This document shows, piece after piece, positions 1-8,039 of a DNA stretch of 64,000 bases (position 1 is the first letter of the stretch; the number at the start of each line of letters is the position of its first letter). The DNA is taken from NCBI GenBank assembly GCA_964618315.1, contig CAZTWQ010000001.1, forward strand, positions 6,877 through 70,876, in the 5' to 3' direction. The notes under the pieces are model-generated. The model saw nothing but the letters and a program-made list of their open reading frames with translations. It made no database searches and was not told the origin of the DNA. This stretch comes from an uncultured Methanosarcinales archaeon (GTDB taxonomy: Archaea; Nanobdellota; Nanobdellia; Woesearchaeales; JACPBV01). Made by a program: the position numbers and the translations under genes.

Positions 1-62
1 ATAAATGTTTTGTTTAATGGGCTAATATTTAAGAATATTAGAATAAAATAGAGAAAGAGAAT

Positions 63-1001
63 CTATTCGTCATCCATACAGCCACAAACAGGCAGTTCAT
101 TGTTTATATATTCATAAACATTGTATGCTGCCTTTACCCCCTCTGCAACACCAGTTATTGCTTGTTTGAATTTAGAATTGGTAATATCCCCTGCTGCATA
201 AACCCCATTTAGGTTTGTTGCAGAATCGTCATTTGTGATTATGTATCCTTTTTTGTCAATACTTACACCAATCTGCTTTGCTAGATCTGAAATAGGGGTG
301 TGACCTATCGCAACAAAGACTGCATCTAGTTTTAGTTCTTTAGACCCGTTGTATTCTTTATCTAAAGTAACTGAATTTACGAACTTGTCACCTTTTATTT
401 CAATGATGTTTGTGTTGTTGATTATTTGTATTTTTTTATTTTCTTGAACTCTTTTAAGGTTGATTGGTTCTGCACGAATCTTTTCATTTCTGTAGATAAT
501 GTATACTTGAGTCCCATATTTGGATAATAATAAAGATTCTTTTGCTGCTGAATCTGAACCACCAACTATTGCAAGGACTTTATCTTTGTAGACTGGGGCG
601 TCACATAGTGCACAGTAATGTACCCCTTTGTTTTCAAACTCTTTTTCTCCAGGAACATTTAGTTTTTTCCATTCTGTTCCTGTTGCAAAGATTATTGTTT
701 TTGTTTGTAATGTTTTGTCTTTGGTTTTTACTTTGAAACAGCCGTCTTTGCATTTCTCTACATTATTTACTTTTTTTTGTATGATTTCAATATCATAGTC
801 TTGGGCGTGTTCCTGCACTTTATCAAAAAGATCCATACCAGAAATCTGTTTAAAGCCAGGGTAATTAGCGATGTCATCTGTTAAGATTATTGTACCACCT
901 ACTTTTTCCCCAACAACTGCAGTTTTAAGCTGGAATCTACCACAATATATTGCTGCACCTAATCCAGCTATCCCTCCACCCACTATAATTACATCATACA
1001 T
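63..1001 (-). CDS. trxB: Thioredoxin-disulfide reductase
   Basis: GGGIAG FAD motif, CALC active site, GGSDSA NAD(P)H motif, GVYAAGD. Confidence 0.95.
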   Translation of the reverse strand: MYDVIIVGGGIAGLGAAIYCGRFQLKTAVVGEKVGGTIILTDDIANYPGFKQISGMDLFDKVQEHAQDYDIEIIQKKVNNVEKCKDGCFKVKTKDKTLQTKTIIFATGTEWKKLNVPGEKEFENKGVHYCALCDAPVYKDKVLAIVGGSDSAAKESLLLSKYGTQVYIIYRNEKIRAEPINLKRVQENKKIQIINNTNIIEIKGDKFVNSVTLDKEYNGSKELKLDAVFVAIGHTPISDLAKQIGVSIDKKGYIITNDDSATNLNGVYAAGDITNSKFKQAITGVAEGVKAAYNVYEYINNELPVCGCMDDE

Positions 1002-1023
1002 CTTTATTTTAATCCTAGTCTTT

Positions 1024-1266
1024 CTATTCCTTTAGTCCTAATGCTGCTGTTATTGCTTCAACATCAAATCCAACTATTGCATCATGACCTTCTATAGATA
1101 TAACTGGTACGCCTGATTGTCCAGATTCTTCAATCATCTTATTTCTTGCTTCTTCGTCTTCTGCTACGTTCTTGTCTTCAAACTCTATCTTCTTTTCTTT
1201 TAGAAAATCTTTTGCTTTGTGGCACCAAGGACAAGTTGATGTTGAATAAACTGTTACTTTTACCAT
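1024..1266 (-). CDS. Glutaredoxin (NrdH/YruB-like)
   Basis: CPWC active site, SGQSGVPVI, VGFD; GGAGGT RBS. Confidence 0.92.
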   Translation of the reverse strand: MVKVTVYSTSTCPWCHKAKDFLKEKKIEFEDKNVAEDEEARNKMIEESGQSGVPVISIEGHDAIVGFDVEAITAALGLKE

Positions 1267-1338
1267 TTTTACATACCTCCTATTTAGTCTTAGTTTATAT
1301 TCTAGGTTTATATACTTTTCTACTTAGTATTATTAGTC

Positions 1339-1458
1339 TTATTTGTCTGAGTCTTTAGCGCATTTAAGACAATAATACATAGTATCTGAATCATGGTTTT
1401 CTAATTTCTCTCCGCATAATTCACATGCGTTTTTTGTTTTTGAATGTTTATCTGTCAT
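1339..1458 (-). CDS. 39-aa Cys-rich microprotein MTDKHSKTKNACELCGEKLENHDSDTMYYCLKCAKDSDK
   Basis: Manually translated; two CxxC motifs; GGAGGGGT RBS; co-oriented with neighbours. Confidence 0.7.
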   Translation of the reverse strand: MTDKHSKTKNACELCGEKLENHDSDTMYYCLKCAKDSDK

Positions 1459-1483
1459 GTTTATTACCCCTCCTATAATTTGT

Positions 1484-1621
1484 TTATTCAAGATGCTTCC
1501 CACAACATTTGCATTTGAAAGAAAGCTGGCTATCTAATTGGCCTACATCACCGTAAGCTTCTGTTTGTTGTTCATTATCAGCTAAGTCGCATACTGTTCC
1601 GCAATCACATTTAAATTCCAT
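1484..1621 (-). CDS. 45-aa Cys-rich microprotein MEFKCDCGTVCDLADNEQQTEAYGDVGQLDSQLSFKCKCCGKHLE
   Basis: Manually translated; zinc-ribbon-like CxCG...CxxCG. Confidence 0.65.
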   Translation of the reverse strand: MEFKCDCGTVCDLADNEQQTEAYGDVGQLDSQLSFKCKCCGKHLE

Positions 1622-1649
1622 TTTTTAAAAACACTCTGTTTTTTAAACT

Positions 1650-1721
1650 TTTAGAAAAGCTTTGCTTTTCTAAACGGTTGAGGAACTTTGTTCCTAAAAC
1701 CGACAAAAATCTTTAAGATTT
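1650..1721. repeat. Chained short palindromes (REP-like module)
   Basis: TTTAGAAAAGC-TTT-GCTTTTCTAAA, CGG linker, AGGAAC-TTT-GTTCCT; similar modules at 10735, 50343 and 52750. Confidence 0.6.
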
Positions 1722-1818
1722 CTGTAGTTTTATTGCCTCATATTATTTTTTATAATGATTAATGAATATGATAAGATTAGTAAAAAGAAAAAAAGAAAAA
1801 ATATGTTTGTTTAGAATG

Positions 1819-1851
1819 TTATCCACATCCGCCGCAACCGTCTCCAATCAT
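1819..1851 (-). CDS. Putative 10-aa micropeptide MIGDGCGGCG
   Basis: GAGGTGA RBS 6 nt upstream of ATG; GC-rich island in AT-rich intergenic DNA; CGGC motif. Confidence 0.5.
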   Translation of the reverse strand: MIGDGCGGCG

Positions 1852-2059
1852 GGTAAATCACCTCTGTTTGTTTTTATAATGCTTAGCAAACAGACAAAGA
1901 AAAGGGGTTAATTTGCCTGTTTACCTAATGATATATAAGTTAACAAACTATAACAAATCTCTGTTAAACAATTAAATAAAAAGTTTAATAGTTAAATAAA
2001 TAAAAATAAAATAGACTGGACTAAACAGCCCTGCCCATTATACTAAAAACAGATCTGAT

Positions 2060-2578
2060 CTATTTTAATCGCTCTTCTGAAAGATGAAGATGGTCTGTTT
2101 CTACCTCTACAAAAGCTTTGAAAATCTCTTTAACACGTTCGTTTTCTGATTCTTCTGCTGCTTTTTTGTAGAATTCAATTGCTCTAGTCTCCCTTGCATG
2201 AGAATCTTCCAAATCTGCCTTATAGTCAGGTGAGCAAGTGTCATCTGCTTCTGGAACATCATCTAGTTTTAGTATCTTTTTCCATACAGAAGCATGTTCT
2301 GCTTCTACTTTGCCTAAAGCTTTGAATAGTTTTTGACCTTCTAGTTCTTTTACTTGTTTTGCTGCACAGAAATAGAATGCTACATTGCTTACTTCTACTT
2401 GTAAAGCGTGTTCTGCATTTGCTTTGTCTTTTTCGTTTAATTCTACATCAAATTCTGCTTTTGCTTCATTGAATTCTTTGATGTATTTTTGTTTTGCCCC
2501 ACAAAAAGGACAGTTTGATGGAGCTTCATCCCCGATATATGGGTCTCCACAAATTTCACAACGCCATAGTTTTACCAT
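2060..2578 (-). CDS. Reverse rubrerythrin-like protein (N-terminal rubredoxin + ferritin-like domain)
   Basis: CEICG...CPFCG followed by ExxH motifs (EAEH, ETDH). Confidence 0.88.
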   Translation of the reverse strand: MVKLWRCEICGDPYIGDEAPSNCPFCGAKQKYIKEFNEAKAEFDVELNEKDKANAEHALQVEVSNVAFYFCAAKQVKELEGQKLFKALGKVEAEHASVWKKILKLDDVPEADDTCSPDYKADLEDSHARETRAIEFYKKAAEESENERVKEIFKAFVEVETDHLHLSEERLK

Positions 2579-2646
2579 TTTAAGTACCTCCTTAAAAGAA
2601 TGATTTAGGTAATAGGGTATTTTTTAAATAGTTTATTATTAATAAT

Positions 2647-2913
2647 CTACTTTTTAACAAATAAACCGCACCAACACATCCCCTTATTTTTCCATGTGTC
2701 TTGTGCTTTAAAATTGCAAGGGCAGATTAGTTCTAAATCTCTTTGTCTAGTGTTGTCCTTTAATCTGCATGGGCAAAGTTTTAGTTTGTGTTTTTCTTCA
2801 TTTGCTAAAACTCCTTTTATGACCATATCAACATGTTCTTTATCTGGATTTAGCTGAAAATCATTATTGTTTGTGAAGTTTTCCCATGCTTGCCTTAATT
2901 GATCTGGATTCAT
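2647..2913 (-). CDS. Ferredoxin:thioredoxin reductase catalytic subunit-like
   Basis: CPC...CPC...CWC signature. Confidence 0.9.
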   Translation of the reverse strand: MNPDQLRQAWENFTNNNDFQLNPDKEHVDMVIKGVLANEEKHKLKLCPCRLKDNTRQRDLELICPCNFKAQDTWKNKGMCWCGLFVKK

Positions 2914-3053
2914 AGTTCCATCACGTTCTTTGCTTCTTCTTTGTCAATTTCAACATAAACATTCTTTTGTTGACATGTTGGACATATCTCTGGTCCAGAA
3001 TTACCATAATGGATGTCGTTGCAAACTGTGCATCTAAAAAATCTCTTTCCCAC
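2910..3053 (-). CDS. Small rubredoxin-like protein (GTG start)
   Basis: CTVC...CPTC; AGGTG RBS before GTG at 3053; the longer ORF-track start overlaps another ORF. Confidence 0.78.
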   Translation of the reverse strand: MGKRFFRCTVCNDIHYGNSGPEICPTCQQKNVYVEIDKEEAKNVMEL

Positions 3054-3054
3054 T

Positions 3055-3156
3055 TCAGAAACACCTGCCACAATTAACGCATGGAGTGCACCTTCTGGAG
3101 TCAGGAGATTCATACTTAACTTCATTATTGTATTCTGTGTTTGTTTGATAATCCAT
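3055..3156 (-). CDS. 33-aa peptide MDYQTNTEYNNEVKYESPDSRRCTPCVNCGRCF
   Basis: Fills the gap between SOR stop and rubredoxin start with 1-nt spacing on each side; CxxCxxCxxC C-terminus. Confidence 0.7.
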   Translation of the reverse strand: MDYQTNTEYNNEVKYESPDSRRCTPCVNCGRCF

Positions 3157-3157
3157 T

Positions 3158-3550
3158 TTATTGACTAATCCATAATCCATGTACATTGCATAATGCTCTT
3201 GCAGTAATCTTAGTGTTTTCAGCTCCTTTTAGTTCCCACTCTGCTTCGGGTTTTTCTCCTGGACTTGGCCTATATCCAGCTAAAACATCCCCATCCCCTA
3301 ATACTTGTATTAGTTCTATATAGTGGTTTTCTTCCATAGGGTGTGGGATAGATCCAACTTTGACTTTGACTTTGTCACCATTTACTTCTACTACAGGAAC
3401 ATGTTTTTCTTTTCCTTCTTCAGTCCCTGTTTTTGGTTCCATTAATTTCATTGGTTGTCCGCAACAAATTAATTCACCGGACCCTGCATCTAAAACTGAA
3501 ACAACATTACCACATAATTCACATTTATAAATTGCATTTTGTTCTGCCAT
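3158..3550 (-). CDS. dfx: Desulfoferrodoxin (2Fe superoxide reductase)
   Basis: CELCG...CCG desulforedoxin domain; EKH, HPM, HYI, CNVHGLW. Confidence 0.93.
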   Translation of the reverse strand: MAEQNAIYKCELCGNVVSVLDAGSGELICCGQPMKLMEPKTGTEEGKEKHVPVVEVNGDKVKVKVGSIPHPMEENHYIELIQVLGDGDVLAGYRPSPGEKPEAEWELKGAENTKITARALCNVHGLWISQ

Positions 3551-3551
3551 C

Positions 3552-4046
3552 TTAACCCCCATCCAAACCCCATTCTTCCTCTTCTGAGAAGAAAGAAACT
3601 GGGTCTTTAATATAATCTAATGCTTTTTGTATTAGTTCATAATGGGCATTTTCCTGTTCCATCAAGAAAATGAAAAAGCCCTTTAATTCTTCATTATCTG
3701 TTTTTTCTGATTGTTCCTTATAGAAGTTATAAGCACTTTGTTCCATCTCCATAGCAACTTCATGTGCTTTTATGTCGTTATCACTTAATTCTGTTTTTTC
3801 TTTGAACTCAGATACTGTTGATGTAAAGAATTGTTTAGTATCTGCTAATTTGTCCCCATTTAGTTCTACCGCCCCTTGTTCCATGTATTTTTTAATCTCA
3901 TCTATATGGTTGACTTCTTGTTCTGCTAAATAATTAAATGTCTTTTTTACTATGGGATTTTGTGTTTTTTCTGACGTTTCTTTGTAGATATCGTGACCTT
4001 TTTGTTCGTTATCTAATGCTATTTGCAATGCTTCTTTTAGTTCCAT
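3552..4046 (-). CDS. Ferritin-like/rubrerythrin-family diiron protein
   Basis: Two E...ExxH repeats (EVNH, ENAH). Confidence 0.88.
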   Translation of the reverse strand: MELKEALQIALDNEQKGHDIYKETSEKTQNPIVKKTFNYLAEQEVNHIDEIKKYMEQGAVELNGDKLADTKQFFTSTVSEFKEKTELSDNDIKAHEVAMEMEQSAYNFYKEQSEKTDNEELKGFFIFLMEQENAHYELIQKALDYIKDPVSFFSEEEEWGLDGG

Positions 4047-4050
4047 TTTA

Positions 4051-4170
4051 TCATACCTCCTTTTTAGTCTCTTCTAGTTCATCATGACATTCGCATGAAC
4101 TGTCCTTGCACCCACATACCTTACAAACTCGCTTATCGCCAAAATCAAAACATTCTTTTTTTGTTTCCAT
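4051..4170 (-). CDS. 39-aa Cys-rich microprotein METKKECFDFGDKRVCKVCGCKDSSCECHDELEETKKEV
   Basis: Manually translated; tightly packed between neighbours; 6 Cys + His. Confidence 0.68.
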   Translation of the reverse strand: METKKECFDFGDKRVCKVCGCKDSSCECHDELEETKKEV

Positions 4171-4172
4171 TT

Positions 4173-4298
4173 TTATTCTATCAATTCCATGGGCTGACCG
4201 CAACAAACTAATTCTCCACCACCTGCTTTAGTTACAGTAACCTCATTTCCACACATGTTACACTTATATTTTTCACCTTCTTTTTTTACAACTACCAT
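4173..4298 (-). CDS. Stand-alone desulforedoxin (41 aa)
   Basis: [50 protein letters not shown]. Confidence 0.9.
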   Translation of the reverse strand: MVVVKKEGEKYKCNMCGNEVTVTKAGGGELVCCGQPMELIE

Positions 4299-4308
4299 AA
4301 AAAACACC

Positions 4309-4809
4309 TCATTCTATCTTTTTGAATTGTTCTTTGTTTGCACTACATACCGGACAAGTATCTGGTGCTTCGCCTTCTACTGTATGGCCGCAGATTTGAC
4401 AAACATAAATGTCTTTTTCTTCTAAATCTTTTTCTTGTTTTACTGATTCTAGTGCTTTTTGATATAATCCAGCATGAGTTTTCTCAACAGTATTAGCTTT
4501 ACTGAAACTGATCTTTGCTGCCTGGTTCCCCTCTGATTCTGCTTCTTCAATCATTTTTGGATACATCTCAGTAAATTCATGAGTTTCTCCGTCTATCGCT
4601 TCCTGCAGGTTTTCTGCAGTTGTTTTAATCCCATCTAAAACCTTTAAATGGTTATGTGCATGAACTGTTTCTGCATCTGCTGCTGCTCTAAATAATTTAG
4701 CTACTTGTTTAAGGTCTTCTTGGTCTGCTTTTTTTGCAAAAGCAAGGTATTTTCTATTTGCCTGACTTTCTCCTGCGAAAGCTGATTTTAGATTATCTTC
4801 TGTAGTCAT
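4309..4809 (-). CDS. rbr: Rubrerythrin
   Basis: [23 protein letters not shown]-terminal CQICG...CPVC. Confidence 0.95.
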   Translation of the reverse strand: MTTEDNLKSAFAGESQANRKYLAFAKKADQEDLKQVAKLFRAAADAETVHAHNHLKVLDGIKTTAENLQEAIDGETHEFTEMYPKMIEEAESEGNQAAKISFSKANTVEKTHAGLYQKALESVKQEKDLEEKDIYVCQICGHTVEGEAPDTCPVCSANKEQFKKIE

Positions 4810-4863
4810 TTTTTATCATCCCCCTATTAGTTTGTTTGTTTTTATTATTTTTATATTTTTCCA

Positions 4864-5034
4864 TTATTTAAGTTTTAGTATCTTTGGTTTGCAGATTAAT
4901 GTTTTTTCTGTTGTTATTAGACCGCAATCCTGGCAAATGTAGATTTGTTTAGTGTTATTTGTTTTAGGGTTGCATAAGTGGCCTGTGTTTGGTGTTTTGT
5001 AACCACATGTTTTGCATATGTGCTTATTTTCCAT
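4864..5034 (-). CDS. 56-aa duplicated zinc-finger-like microprotein MENKHICKTCGYKTPNTGHLCNPKTNNTKQIYICQDCGLITTEKTLICKPKILKLK
   Basis: Internal repeat ICxxCG-x9-CxP twice; first gene of the cluster. Confidence 0.75.
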   Translation of the reverse strand: MENKHICKTCGYKTPNTGHLCNPKTNNTKQIYICQDCGLITTEKTLICKPKILKLK

Positions 5035-5222
5035 TTTACTTATTGATACTAAGGGGATAATAATAAATTAGCCCTTATATATTAAACAAAAAGTTTATAT
5101 ATTAAATAGATATTTACTTTATACTAGTAAATTATTATTTTATGTAATTTCAGAGAGAATTTCAACAACAAAGGTTGTTGAAATGGGTTGTTTTAAAGGA
5201 AAATAAGCGAGGTTGGTTTTAT

Positions 5223-5864
5223 ATGACACATACTGTAATAGCGGCTGTTGGAGAGAATATGGATTCATTATTTGTTGGAATACGGGAGTTTCCTACTAAA
5301 CGGATTATTTTGATATCTCCGGATGATAACTTAGAATTGGCTGAGAAAACAAAGAAAGATCTTGAAAAGTTTAAGATTCCAGTGGTTATAAAGAAAGTTT
5401 CTGGAAATCCGTGGGAGGCTATGTTTGAGGCTGTAAAGCAGATAAAGGAAGAAGAAGGTGATGATAAACAGCTTATAATAAATGCTGCTTCAGGTGATGC
5501 TGGTGCTAATAAATGCGCCCTTTGTTCTGCTGCATTTGTCAATGGGTTAAAGGCATTTACTGTACATAAAGATAATGTTATGTTAATGCCAATATTGAAG
5601 TTTTCTTATTATAAGATATTAACTGATAAGAAAATGGATATATTGAAGTTTTTGCATAAGAACAAAGATTGCTGTGCTTCTCTGGATGAATTGGGCAAGA
5701 AGTTGAAGATGAGTTTGCCTCTTGTCTCTTATCATATAAACGGCAATCTCAAGTCTGAGGGGCTTAAGGAGATGGGTCTAGTTATGGCTGATGAATGGAA
5801 AGGGAAGATAAAGATTAGTTTGACATTACTTGGTAAGCTGCTTGTTAAAGGGTATGTTAAGTAG
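5223..5864 (+). CDS. CARF-like (Csa3/DUF6293-type) domain + winged-helix transcription regulator
   Basis: Rossmann-like N-terminus with IINAASG motif; C-terminal SLDELGKKLKMSLPLVSYHI wHTH; GAGGT RBS before ATG 5223. Confidence 0.7.
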   Translation: MTHTVIAAVGENMDSLFVGIREFPTKRIILISPDDNLELAEKTKKDLEKFKIPVVIKKVSGNPWEAMFEAVKQIKEEEGDDKQLIINAASGDAGANKCALCSAAFVNGLKAFTVHKDNVMLMPILKFSYYKILTDKKMDILKFLHKNKDCCASLDELGKKLKMSLPLVSYHINGNLKSEGLKEMGLVMADEWKGKIKISLTLLGKLLVKGYVK

Positions 5865-5976
5865 GGGTGGATATAGACTTTCCCTGTCTAAATAAGATTA
5901 AATAGTTTTTATTTATTACTCTTAAATAGTTAAGTTTTTATACTAAACAAGTATTTCTTTTGAATTAGAATTTAAG

Positions 5977-7116
5977 ATGAATGAAATAGATGATCAAGTC
6001 AGGATAGATATGGGAGAATTAGGGGCAGCAATAGGAGATAGAGTTTTATCTAGTCGTTGGATTGATAATCCAGACGAAGTAGATGGACATGAAGAATTCT
6101 TAGTTGGACTTGAAAGGAAGTTAGATGCTTTAACTGATGATAGGTTAAGGGGTAATATGGGGTGTGCTTCAAATAAATCTAAAAGGCCATATGATAGATT
6201 GAGAGAAAGGAAAGATCACCATTCTAAACATACTAACTATCCTATCCCTAGTCAAAGATTAACAGACCGTGTTCCTGAACATCTTATCCCTTATATAGGG
6301 GATAGAAGGGGTTTGATTGTTCGATTAACTTTAGTAAATAAGAAACAAGTTTATGCTGCTGAAAGAGATATAAATGCTGGCAGAACTGATGTTTTTGATT
6401 ATAAGTTTACAAAGGGAACTAAGAGAGAAAGGCAAGCCCTTTTAGATGTTCAAAAGGAACGGACTTTATCATATGGGGGGGTCGAGAATAAAAGAGTAGT
6501 TCTTACAAGAGAAGATGCACTACGAGCTATAGAGGGAGTTTATCAAGGATACCACAATCATACTGATTTTATATTTCATCCACAGGCAATAAGATATAAG
6601 AAACACTTAAAAGCTGCACAGGTTGCACGAGAATGTGAGACTATTGATGGAATAGCTGATGATATTTCTAAAGGGATTATTTATGATGAAACTAAACTTG
6701 TTATTTTAAGTACTAAAGAAGCAGTATTGCATGCGCTTGAATATGCTAATAATGATGTATACTTTGATACAGATAAAGTTGAATTCGAAAGTGTGTATTG
6801 GACTGAAGGTTATGTTAATGAGTTAACAACCAAAGTTCATGAACAAATGTGTGAACGTGAAGGAATTGTCGCAGACAATCCTAACGATTCAGAAGAAACC
6901 TCAAGACGTGATGAAAAATCAGATGGGATAAGGTCTGAAGGTTATAAGGGAATGCAAACGCTGAGGGATTGTCCTGCAGATTCCAGTAATGGGATGGATC
7001 ACTTAATGGTCCCTGAAATGCAGCCACATAAACAGAGACTTTTAAGAATGAGGGGGGGATATCATATAACTCTGACTGCGATGAATGGGGGGGATTTTAG
7101 TAGATTGAATCGATAA
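5977..7116 (+). CDS. Hypothetical protein
   Basis: 379-aa ORF with upstream TATA-like element; no motif recognised. Confidence 0.7.
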   Translation: MNEIDDQVRIDMGELGAAIGDRVLSSRWIDNPDEVDGHEEFLVGLERKLDALTDDRLRGNMGCASNKSKRPYDRLRERKDHHSKHTNYPIPSQRLTDRVPEHLIPYIGDRRGLIVRLTLVNKKQVYAAERDINAGRTDVFDYKFTKGTKRERQALLDVQKERTLSYGGVENKRVVLTREDALRAIEGVYQGYHNHTDFIFHPQAIRYKKHLKAAQVARECETIDGIADDISKGIIYDETKLVILSTKEAVLHALEYANNDVYFDTDKVEFESVYWTEGYVNELTTKVHEQMCEREGIVADNPNDSEETSRRDEKSDGIRSEGYKGMQTLRDCPADSSNGMDHLMVPEMQPHKQRLLRMRGGYHITLTAMNGGDFSRLNR

Positions 7117-7272
7117 GATTCGTTCTTTTTCATTAAAAAAACTTTTTTTCTAGAAATAGTTTAGGTAATGTGTGTTAGTTTCTCCTACCTAGGGAATCCC
7201 CATGAAAACCATAAAGTTTATATATAAGTCTATATATATTATTATATAAATTCATATAAATAGGTGATTTAA

Positions 7273-7536
7273 ATGCAAGAGTTAGAAATTATACATTATC
7301 CAAACTTAAAAACTGTATTGATGGTAGAAGATGTTCTAAAGAAAGCTAATAATCTTATGACAAGAGAAGGACTAAAGAAAAAATTACCTAATAAAGTAAT
7401 GCACCAAACTTTGAATGTTATACTTAAATATTTAGAAAATAGTGGAAAAATATTAGATGGAAGAAAGGGAATATTATGGACATATAATCCAAGCCCTAAA
7501 TTAGATAAAGCAATAAAAGATGGGGTTGAATTATAA
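7273..7536 (+). CDS. Small wHTH protein, putative antitoxin/regulator
   Basis: AGGTGA RBS, HTH-like pattern, precedes RelE-like gene. Confidence 0.6.
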   Translation: MQELEIIHYPNLKTVLMVEDVLKKANNLMTREGLKKKLPNKVMHQTLNVILKYLENSGKILDGRKGILWTYNPSPKLDKAIKDGVEL

Positions 7537-7591
7537 TGCAAGCAAAAATTGTAAATTTTTGGTGCACAAAAAATCAAAAGGTGATTTTTTA

Positions 7592-7969
7592 GTGTTTAAG
7601 GGTAAACCTACAAAAGTTGTTATTACTGGTAAAGCTAAGGAAGAATTTGATGATTTGAATAAGTTAGTAGGTGAGGAAATTACTAAAGGAATTACAAGCA
7701 GTGATCATCAAACATTACTCAATTCCATAAAGCAGAAAATTGAATTATTGAGGGATAATCCTGAATATGGAATCCATATCTCTAAAGATAGAATCCCTAA
7801 AGAATACATTAGAGATTATGACGTTAATAATTTATGGAAAGTCAATCTTTCTGGGGCTTGGAGAATGGTTTATACTATGAGGGGTAGTGATGTAGAGATT
7901 CTTTCTTTGATATTAGACCTAATGAATCATAAAGACTACAATAAGAAGTTTGGTTATAAAGATAAATAG
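7592..7969 (+). CDS. RelE/ParE-like toxin (GTG start)
   Basis: NP..G...NLWKVNLSGAWRMVYT...HKDY pattern; AGGTGA RBS. Confidence 0.65.
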   Translation: MFKGKPTKVVITGKAKEEFDDLNKLVGEEITKGITSSDHQTLLNSIKQKIELLRDNPEYGIHISKDRIPKEYIRDYDVNNLWKVNLSGAWRMVYTMRGSDVEILSLILDLMNHKDYNKKFGYKDK

Positions 7970-8039
7970 TTTTCTTGGGCCCTTAATATTTAGGAAGTCT
8001 TTTTTGAATTGAATATAAATTAAATAATTATTTCTTGTA

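Noticed and set aside
1971..2000. 30-bp similarity with 5081-5110 as a shared operator
   Set aside because: Almost all A/T and centred on AAAGTTTA, the generic BRE-TATA pattern seen at many promoters here.
3054..3125. N-terminal extension of the 71-aa ORF 2910-3125
   Set aside because: Better explained by a GTG start at 3053 with RBS plus a separate Cys-motif peptide in another frame.
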